From a virus: a stretch of 64,000 nt of DNA. The notes beneath the pieces were generated by a model. That model was not told where the DNA came from. It saw only the letters and a program-made list of their open reading frames with translations, and did no database searches. Below, piece after piece: positions 39,709-46,019 of the stretch. The stretch lies in the IMG/VR virus record IMGVR_UViG_3300024255_000006, positions 71,243 to 135,242 of that record, one strand, 5' to 3'. The translations under genes and the position numbers were made by a program. How positions within the stretch are numbered: position 1 is the first letter of the stretch; each line of letters opens with the position of its first letter.

Positions 39709-40115
39709 GCAAGTTTGAAAATAACATGGAAGACGCTTTTGATATCGAAGTACAAGTAGAGGAAAGCAAACCAATCAAACCAAAACCAGAGAAGGTTGAT
39801 AAAGATGACCGCACAAAAGATTATGAATATACAAGAGGAGAACTCTACTCCCTCATAGATCAGGGTCAGGAGGCGGTCAGAGGCGCTTTAGAGGTCGCAC
39901 AGGAGTCAGGGCACCCAAGAGCGTATGAAGTCGCTGTAGCGGCAATGAAGCACGTTGCAGACATGACAGAGAAACTCCAAGACCTGCATAAGAAGATGAA
40001 GGATTTGGACGAAGAAAAGAAAGGTCCATCTAAAGTTACCAACAACGCTATGTTTGTAGGTAGTACATCAGAGTTACAAAAGATGCTGAAGGATATGAGT
40101 GGTGGTAAACGCTAA
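39705..40115 (+). CDS. gp16: Terminase small subunit gp16
   Basis: DYEYTR..L; A.ESGHPRAYEV; TNNAMFVGSTSELQKML. Confidence 0.93.
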   Translation: MSKFENNMEDAFDIEVQVEESKPIKPKPEKVDKDDRTKDYEYTRGELYSLIDQGQEAVRGALEVAQESGHPRAYEVAVAAMKHVADMTEKLQDLHKKMKDLDEEKKGPSKVTNNAMFVGSTSELQKMLKDMSGGKR

Positions 40116-40142
40116 ATAGTCTGGTACACCCTTTTGTTTATC

Positions 40143-40574
40143 ATGAGAACATACGGAGAAATTAAGGATCTTGCCTCTCATGTTTTAGCAGAACAGCAAG
40201 AAGAACAAAAGTTTTGCAAACTGTGTCAGAAACCTGAAACTAGAGAAGAATGCTCCTATGGTCCTAAGGCATGGGACAGATTTGCTGTGCCCGTTCGCTC
40301 AGTGAAGAAAGAGGAACTTGAATTAGATGAAGCAGCCTGGACCAAGAAGGAAGGAAAGAAAAAGTCAGGAGGACTCAACGAAAAAGGTAGGAAGTCGTAT
40401 GAGCGCGAGAACCCAGGAAGCGATCTTAAGGCACCTTCAAAGAAAGTTGGGAACCCTCGTAGAGCAAGCTTTTGTGCGAGAATGAAAGGTATGAAAAAGA
40501 AACTGACCTCCAAGAAAACATCAAGAGATCCTGATTCCCGCATAAACAAATCATTGCGTGCTTGGAACTGCTAA
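40143..40574 (+). CDS. Basic late protein, possible internal head protein (DUF6321-like C-terminus)
   Basis: Late promoter GCTAAATA at 40111-40118; ATG at 40143 (the track start 40134 is probably too early); GGLNEKGRKSYERENPGSDLKAP...RRASFCARM. Confidence 0.6.
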   Translation: MRTYGEIKDLASHVLAEQQEEQKFCKLCQKPETREECSYGPKAWDRFAVPVRSVKKEELELDEAAWTKKEGKKKSGGLNEKGRKSYERENPGSDLKAPSKKVGNPRRASFCARMKGMKKKLTSKKTSRDPDSRINKSLRAWNC

Positions 40575-40583
40575 TTATAATAT

Positions 40584-40766
40584 GTGAGCATTGTTACTAT
40601 GGGTATGAGATTCAAAGGTACAGACATCTACCGCCTTATCAAAGCATGTGAGGTATACCAGTCTCAGACTGGTTCAGAATACATGTGGGATGAATACGAT
40701 GACCTGAAGCAAAAACTTCAGTTCTATATGGAAGAGTATTGCCCAGACGAAGTTACCAATTCCTAA
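40584..40766 (+). CDS. Hypothetical protein
   Basis: ORF track; a possible sigma70 promoter lies upstream (TTGCGT 40554-59, TATAAT 40576-81, 16-nt spacer). Confidence 0.55.
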   Translation: MSIVTMGMRFKGTDIYRLIKACEVYQSQTGSEYMWDEYDDLKQKLQFYMEEYCPDEVTNS

Positions 40767-40842
40767 CGAAAATCATAAAAAATTATAAAGAATAGGTACT
40801 TATACAGTAACTGCTAATAGATAAAGAAGTTACTACGTACTT

Positions 40843-41166
40843 ATGAAGCTATTAGTTTCGTTATTCGCTTCATTATTCCTAGCACTTCCTGTATGGGCAG
40901 TAGATGTACAAATGGGTGCTGGTGGCAACTTAGCATTTGAACCGAATGAGATCACAATCTCTGCGGGCGATACAATTCATTTCATCAATCAAGCACTACC
41001 TCCACATAATATTATTGTTGAGGCACGTCCAGATCTTTCTAGAGAAGCATTACTATTTGCTCCAGGAGAATCGCAGGACGTTGTATTTGCAGACAAAGGG
41101 GACTATAATTTCTTTTGTGGACCTCATCAAGGAGCAGGTATGACTGGCGTAGTCCATGTGGAGTAA
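40843..41166 (+). CDS. petE: Plastocyanin (auxiliary metabolic gene)
   Basis: Signal peptide ending VWA; V.MG..G.L.FEP; copper ligands HN...C.PH.GAGM intact. Confidence 0.96.
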   Translation: MKLLVSLFASLFLALPVWAVDVQMGAGGNLAFEPNEITISAGDTIHFINQALPPHNIIVEARPDLSREALLFAPGESQDVVFADKGDYNFFCGPHQGAGMTGVVHVE

Positions 41167-41356
41167 GAGTAACAATTACATAACCAAAGAACAAGCACAG
41201 GAGATGATTGACGATGCAATACGAAAGCACAATCGTAATGCTGGAATTATTAGTATGTGTGTTGGTTGGGTTGTTCTCGCACTTTTTGCTGAGGGTCTTC
41301 TTAGACTCATTGGAATAATTCCCCCACTATTACCTTGGTTAAAGATACCACTATGA
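41156..41356 (+). CDS. Small membrane protein
   Basis: Hydrophobic C-terminal half (IISMCVGWVVLALFAEGLLRLIG); overlaps the petE stop. Confidence 0.6.
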   Translation: MWSKSNNYITKEQAQEMIDDAIRKHNRNAGIISMCVGWVVLALFAEGLLRLIGIIPPLLPWLKIPL

Positions 41357-41448
41357 TGAGCGGACTATTTGTATTTGCATTTATTACACTAATGGTAATT
41401 ACCATGGAGATAACATGGTCTGTAAAAAATAAAGGAAGATTAAAATGA
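41353..41448 (+). CDS. 31-aa single-pass membrane microprotein (MMSGLFVFAFITLMVITMEITWSVKNKGRLK)
   Basis: Read by hand; ATGA overlaps at both ends; TM helix plus basic tail. Confidence 0.55.
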   Translation: MMSGLFVFAFITLMVITMEITWSVKNKGRLK

Positions 41449-41921
41449 AAGTTGGAATGATTGGTTTAGGTCGTACTGGTGAAGGTATGTCTCGCCGTAT
41501 GATTGAGAAAGGAATTGAAGTCTGGGGTTATAGTAGTACAAACTATGAGAATGCCTGTGGACAATATGAAGCAGGATATATTAGTGGATGTGTAACTTCA
41601 CTGGAATTTCTTGTTCAAGCAGTTAAGTCCGATGGTAAGAAATTTACTAGTGCTGGTAAAGTTCCTGGTATTTTTCAAATCACATGTCCTGAGCAAAAGG
41701 CAGAAGACACTCTAGATGAGTTACTGCCGTTACTCGAAGAGGGTGATATTGTTATTGATTACAGCACCAATGACATCTCAAAATGTAAGGAACTGGAACT
41801 GTATTGTTCCAAGTTAGGTATCTCATATATCTTCTCTGGAGTATATGGAGCAACCCATGCTGTAAATGCATGTTCTAAAATTTTCCAATCGCTATCACCA
41901 GGTAATGCTATCCGAATTTGA
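41445..41921 (+). CDS. Truncated 6-phosphogluconate-dehydrogenase-like protein (NAD(P)-binding domain only)
   Basis: MKVGMIGLGR.G..M...M...G.EV.GY; L.EGDIVID; only 158 aa, with no KMVHNGIEY catalytic segment. Confidence 0.8.
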   Translation: MKVGMIGLGRTGEGMSRRMIEKGIEVWGYSSTNYENACGQYEAGYISGCVTSLEFLVQAVKSDGKKFTSAGKVPGIFQITCPEQKAEDTLDELLPLLEEGDIVIDYSTNDISKCKELELYCSKLGISYIFSGVYGATHAVNACSKIFQSLSPGNAIRI

Positions 41922-42087
41922 TTACGTTGAAGCACCCACCGAAGGTGAAGTTGATAAGTGGGGGTTTACTATCAAACCCACTATCAGTGATAATGAATTG
42001 ATCCTTCGATGTTTAAGAAATGCTCCGTGTGGATCTGATAGGAAACAAGCAATGAAACTAATTAAAATCTACGAGGACAAAATTTAA
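41905..42087 (+). CDS. Hypothetical protein (likely start ATG41905)
   Basis: ORF track 41866..42087; the later ATG gives a short overlap with the gnd-like gene; TAATG coupling to the next ORF. Confidence 0.55.
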   Translation: MLSEFDYVEAPTEGEVDKWGFTIKPTISDNELILRCLRNAPCGSDRKQAMKLIKIYEDKI

Positions 42088-42218
42088 TGACCCTAGCACA
42101 TGTCCTACTTTTCGGATCACTACCATTTATATGTGCCACCGCATATTTCGGGTACAGAAAAGGTGAAAATAACTATTACGAAACTGACGCCTACTCAGGA
42201 AATGGAACAGCGCATTAG
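42087..42218 (+). CDS. ndhP: NdhP-like subunit of photosynthetic complex I (NDH-1L), 43 aa
   Basis: MTLAHVLLFGSLPFICATAYFGYRKGENNYYETDAYSGNGTAH. One TM helix followed by FG....YY.TD.Y.GNG.AH matches the recalled NdhP C-terminus (FGTRNGFYDTDQYHGNGSAH). Not in the ORF track. Confidence 0.88.
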   Translation: MTLAHVLLFGSLPFICATAYFGYRKGENNYYETDAYSGNGTAH

Positions 42219-42414
42219 AATGAGATTTGCATTCGCTATGTCTTCATTCGGACGAATGTTTAAACCTTCAGGTATATCACACGAAATGAGAATGCTCTGC
42301 AAAGACTGGTCTGAAAATTCTAATGAAGATCCACCCAAAAAAGACTTGTATCAAGTTGATCGTTACTTCTTAGAACTCTGGAAAAAAAGAAATGAATCAT
42401 CAGAAGAAAATTAA
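42202..42414 (+). CDS. Hypothetical protein (start 42202 or 42220)
   Basis: The 3' part of the track ORF 42100..42414; its 5' part overlaps ndhP in another frame. Confidence 0.5.
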   Translation: MEQRIRMRFAFAMSSFGRMFKPSGISHEMRMLCKDWSENSNEDPPKKDLYQVDRYFLELWKKRNESSEEN

Positions 42415-42547
42415 AAAGTTAGAGAAAGAAAACATTATGTTGAAACTAGAAAATTTGAAGCTAAAATTGGAACTACATGAATTAAATAAAGAGTGGGTAC
42501 ATCCCAGATCATGCCTCCACAATTCAGATCCTTGGCCAGATTTATAA
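42392..42547 (+). CDS. 51-aa coiled-coil microprotein (MNHQKKIKKLEKENIMLKLENLKLKLELHEL...)
   Basis: Read by hand; leucine heptad pattern; fills the gap between coupled ORFs. Confidence 0.5.
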   Translation: MNHQKKIKKLEKENIMLKLENLKLKLELHELNKEWVHPRSCLHNSDPWPDL

Positions 42548-42549
42548 AA

Positions 42550-42642
42550 ATGAAACCAGAAACTAGTCTTTCAGCAACAATTATATTTGGTTTGATTATA
42601 GGTTTTGTGTCTTGGAGTTTAGTAAATGCTTATCCATTATGA
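42550..42642 (+). CDS. ndhQ: NdhQ-like subunit of NDH-1L (30 aa; 43 aa if started at ATG42511)
   Basis: MKPETSLSATIIFGLIIGFVSWSLVNAYPL aligns without gaps to the recalled NdhQ TM/C-terminus (AISAVLILGFIAGLIWWALHTAY); ATGA overlap with the next ORF. Confidence 0.7.
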   Translation: MKPETSLSATIIFGLIIGFVSWSLVNAYPL

Positions 42643-42800
42643 TGTTACAGTTTGCTAGATTTTGTGGAACAGTATTAAACAACCCATGGGGATGTGGACT
42701 ATTGGCATGGTGCCTAGTCTTCGTTCCCATTATTGGTATGTGGGCAGTCCATACTTATGGTTGGCAACATTGGGAACCTTTTAACAAAGCACATAAATGA
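42639..42800 (+). CDS. Small membrane protein (start likely ATG42639)
   Basis: LLAWCLVFVPIIGMWAVH TM helix; ATGA coupling on both sides. Confidence 0.6.
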   Translation: MMLQFARFCGTVLNNPWGCGLLAWCLVFVPIIGMWAVHTYGWQHWEPFNKAHK

Positions 42801-43006
42801 ATTTACTATTAAGACCTCTTGATAATGCTAACGACCCTGTGTGGTCAGTAATTATCTGTGTGATACTTGGAGTTGCAGGTGCATTATTTGTAGTTGTATA
42901 CATATTAAGACAAGCATTTGCAGAGTTAGAAAATGGGAGCATTGACACCCCCAAGCAGAAAGAGCTGCTACAACTTCCGAGTGACGGAGATCAACCGTGT
43001 CCTTGA
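42797..43006 (+). CDS. Small membrane protein
   Basis: DPVWSVIICVILGVAGALFVVVYIL TM helix. Confidence 0.6.
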   Translation: MNLLLRPLDNANDPVWSVIICVILGVAGALFVVVYILRQAFAELENGSIDTPKQKELLQLPSDGDQPCP

Positions 43007-43391
43007 TGGTGATACTATTGATGTTACTATCGACCTCGGGTTTGATTTATACAAGAAAGAAAGAGTTAGAGTTGCAGGAGTTGATACGCCAGAGAAAAGG
43101 ACGAGAAACCTAGAGGAGAAAGCACTTGGAATCGAAGCAACCAACTGGCTCAAAGAAAAACTGGAAGGTACGTTGGCTGGTGATGATGAGTTGTCTGTTA
43201 GGACTGAACTTGTTGGTGGTACTGGGAAGTATGGGCGTCTTCTGGGTTGGCTTTACATCGGGGATAGCAGCGTGTCCCTCAACGAGCAAATGATTGAGGA
43301 GGGTTATGCTCATGCCTACGACGGAGGAACAAAAAATATGGACCTTGAAGCACTCAGGGAAATCAGAAGGGCGCACGGTACATTAGTATAG
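42933..43391 (+). CDS. Staphylococcal-nuclease (thermonuclease)-like endonuclease
   Basis: RVLDGDTID, R..GVDTPE, KYGRLLG, LNEQMIEEGYA motifs. Confidence 0.9.
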   Translation: MGALTPPSRKSCYNFRVTEINRVLDGDTIDVTIDLGFDLYKKERVRVAGVDTPEKRTRNLEEKALGIEATNWLKEKLEGTLAGDDELSVRTELVGGTGKYGRLLGWLYIGDSSVSLNEQMIEEGYAHAYDGGTKNMDLEALREIRRAHGTLV

Positions 43392-43484
43392 GATGTGTAA
43401 ACCAACACTTATAAAAAAGTAGCCTATCGATACACAATTTTCACCTACATAGTCCTATAATACTTTGTATCAGAGTGTAAAGAA

Positions 43485-43706
43485 ATGCTTGGTCTTTATG
43501 TATTAATCACTTGTTTTATTCTGCTTGTAGCGTATGCAGGTATGGAAGAAACGGTGCGTCTATTCGCATACATTGATCTCGTAATTAGATATCAATGGAT
43601 TAAGTTTAGAATGTTTATGATGAGACGTAAATTAGAACAACAACTTATAAAGGATCTACCTGATTACAACAAACTTATAAAGGAATTAAAAAATGACCAA
43701 CGATAA
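43485..43706 (+). CDS. Hypothetical membrane-anchored protein
   Basis: N-terminal hydrophobic helix; ORF track. Confidence 0.55.
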   Translation: MLGLYVLITCFILLVAYAGMEETVRLFAYIDLVIRYQWIKFRMFMMRRKLEQQLIKDLPDYNKLIKELKNDQR

Positions 43707-43992
43707 GGAACTGTCGGATCTCAAACTTGAGAGAAAAGAATGTCCTAAATGTGGTGCTATTTGGATCAACGGCAAGCATGTTTTTAGTGGTACAGCCGCA
43801 TCATACGACAAGAGTGAACTAGACCTTGCTGGTCTTGTTTGTAATAAACTAGGTGACGAGACATGCATCAATCCATCAAAAGGAATTGAGGGTGGTCAGA
43901 CGTGGGAACGACGTGCTGGTTATATTGAAGGTGCTATTGCCGCAAAGAAAGGAATTATGGAAGATATGCGCGATCAATTTGGAGACCTATAA
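43693..43992 (+). CDS. Hypothetical Cys-containing protein
   Basis: CPKC...GLVCN....CIN; ORF track. Confidence 0.6.
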   Translation: MTNDKELSDLKLERKECPKCGAIWINGKHVFSGTAASYDKSELDLAGLVCNKLGDETCINPSKGIEGGQTWERRAGYIEGAIAAKKGIMEDMRDQFGDL

Positions 43993-43995
43993 ATA
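43988..43995 (+). promoter_or_regulatory. Late promoter TATAAATA for gp17
   Basis: Exact consensus 24 nt upstream of the gp17 start. Confidence 0.85.
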
Positions 43996-44019
43996 GTAGT
44001 GGTGAACTAGGTTTTTGTT

Positions 44020-45672
44020 TTGGCAACTAGTAATGATGTGTACTTGGGTAATCCCAACCTGAAAAAGGCGGGGACCCCAATACAATTTACAAAAAAGCAA
44101 ATTGATGAGTGGATCAAGTGTAAGAACGATCCCATTTACTTTGCGATGAATTATATTAAGATCATCTCGCTTGATGAAGGTTTGGTTCCTTTCAACATGT
44201 ATGATTTTCAGAAAGAAATTCTCAGAGACTTCCACAACAATAGATTTAACATTGCGAAACTTCCTAGACAGACTGGTAAATCAACTACTGTTGTCGCCTA
44301 CCTATTATATTATGCTATCTTTTACGATAGTGTTAATATTGGTATCCTTGCTAACAAGGCTAGTACCGCAAGGGAGCTTCTAGGAAGGTTACAACTTGCA
44401 TACGAAAACTTACCAAAGTGGATGCAGCATGGTATTCTTGTATGGAACAAAGGTAATGTGGAGTTAGAAAATGGATCAAAGATTCTGGCTGCTTCTACAT
44501 CTGCAAGTGCTGTCCGAGGCATGTCGTTTAACATCCTCTTCCTCGATGAGTTTGCGTTCGTTCCAAACCATGTTGCAGAGCAATTCTTTGCCTCTGTTTA
44601 TCCTACTATTACGTCTGGTAAATCAACCAAAGTAATTATCATTTCTACGCCTAACGGCATGAATCACTTCTATAAGATGTGGGAAGATGCTAGTAGAGGT
44701 AGAAATGATTATATTACTAATGAAGTCCACTGGTCTCAAGTTCCTGGAAGGGACTCTAAGTGGAAAGAAGAGACGATTAAGAACACATCTCCAAGACAGT
44801 TTGCACAAGAGTTTGAGTGCGACTTCCTTGGATCTGCTGATACTTTGATTAGTCCAGCAAAACTACAAAATATACCATTCCACGATCCCATACAAAGCAA
44901 TGCAGGACTTGACGTATATACGAGGGCAGAAAAAGATCATGAATACATTGTTACTGTGGATGTTGCCCGAGGAATCGGTGGCGATTATTCTGCTTTCGTC
45001 GTGTTTGATATCACCACTGTCCCGTATAAAATTGTTGCCAAGTACAGAAATAATGAGATTAAGCCTGTACTGTTTCCCTCGGTCATTTTTCAAGTAGCAA
45101 AAGAATATAATAATCCTTATATTTTAGTTGAAGTAAATGATATTGGAGATGGTATTGCTTCCACTCTCAATTATGACCTTGAATATCCTAACGTACTTAT
45201 GTGTGCGATGCGTGGTAGAGCAGGTCAAGTTGTTGGTCAAGGTTTCTCAGGAAACAAAACCCAACTAGGTGTAAAGATGAGCGTGACTGTGAAGAAGATT
45301 GGTTGCGCTAATCTCAAAGCTATTATTGAAGAAGACAAATTAATATTCAATGACTTCCAGATCTTCCAAGAACTTACTACGTTTGTGCAGAAGAAGCAAG
45401 CATGGGAAGCAGACGAAGGATATCATGATGACCTTGTTATGTGTATGGTATTGTTTGCATGGTTAGTCATGCAGGAATACTTTAAGGAGATGACGGACCA
45501 GGATATCAGAAGAAGAATCTATGATGAACAGCGTAATCAAATAGAACAGGACATGGCTCCATTTGGTTTTATTGATGATGGTATGGGTGATGATACCTTC
45601 GTGGACGGAGACGGAACTCTTTGGGAGTATGGAACAACACAGGAAGAAGTCGGATACATGTGGAACTACTAA
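44020..45672 (+). CDS. gp17: Terminase large subunit gp17
   Basis: YLGNPNLK; Walker A PRQTGKST; Walker B LFLDEFAF; nuclease motifs TVDVARG and HDDLVM; TTG start. Confidence 0.97.
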   Translation: MATSNDVYLGNPNLKKAGTPIQFTKKQIDEWIKCKNDPIYFAMNYIKIISLDEGLVPFNMYDFQKEILRDFHNNRFNIAKLPRQTGKSTTVVAYLLYYAIFYDSVNIGILANKASTARELLGRLQLAYENLPKWMQHGILVWNKGNVELENGSKILAASTSASAVRGMSFNILFLDEFAFVPNHVAEQFFASVYPTITSGKSTKVIIISTPNGMNHFYKMWEDASRGRNDYITNEVHWSQVPGRDSKWKEETIKNTSPRQFAQEFECDFLGSADTLISPAKLQNIPFHDPIQSNAGLDVYTRAEKDHEYIVTVDVARGIGGDYSAFVVFDITTVPYKIVAKYRNNEIKPVLFPSVIFQVAKEYNNPYILVEVNDIGDGIASTLNYDLEYPNVLMCAMRGRAGQVVGQGFSGNKTQLGVKMSVTVKKIGCANLKAIIEEDKLIFNDFQIFQELTTFVQKKQAWEADEGYHDDLVMCMVLFAWLVMQEYFKEMTDQDIRRRIYDEQRNQIEQDMAPFGFIDDGMGDDTFVDGDGTLWEYGTTQEEVGYMWNY

Positions 45673-45932
45673 TGGACTTAGGCGATCAGTTTGAGTTAGA
45701 ACATCTATTATTCAAAACAAGACAATGCAGGTCTTGTGGTGGGGCAAAAGATTTACTCACAGATTTTTATAGGATTAGAAAAGATAGAAAGTCACTGTCT
45801 GCATATTCTTATGAGTGTAAAGACTGTACCGTTAAAAGAGTAACTGAATCTAGAAAAAAGAAAAAAGAAAAACTAGACCTATCATATGATCCTGTCCCCA
45901 GATTTAGACCAGATATCTACCCTGACTGGTAG
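45672..45932 (+). CDS. Zn-ribbon (CxxC...CxxC) protein between gp17 and gp18
   Basis: TAATG coupling to gp17; CRSC...DFY...YSYECKDC. Confidence 0.7.
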   Translation: MDLGDQFELEHLLFKTRQCRSCGGAKDLLTDFYRIRKDRKSLSAYSYECKDCTVKRVTESRKKKKEKLDLSYDPVPRFRPDIYPDW

Positions 45933-45972
45933 GGTGTTCATGCATTGTTTCCCCACTGAAAAGAGACAAAAC

Positions 45973-45980
45973 TCTAAATA
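45973..45980 (+). promoter_or_regulatory. Late promoter TCTAAATA for gp18
   Basis: CTAAATA variant, intergenic, with SD AGGAG before ATG46020. Confidence 0.75.
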
Positions 45981-46019
45981 ATCATAGACAATTTTGGGTA
46001 CTTTTCAGGAGACAAAAAC

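Noticed and set aside
41353-41448. Resemblance of the 31-aa TM peptide to PsbT/PetL-type subunits
   Set aside because: Similarity is limited to generic hydrophobicity, with no diagnostic residues conserved
42100-42201. 5' part of track ORF 42100..42414
   Set aside because: It overlaps the well-supported ndhP-like ORF in another frame; the start is more plausibly 42202 or 42220
43417-43431. NtcA-like site GTA-N9-TAC (and GTA-N8-TAG near 40807 upstream of petE)
   Set aside because: Spacing or half-site deviates from GTA-N8-TAC, and such matches are expected by chance in AT-rich DNA
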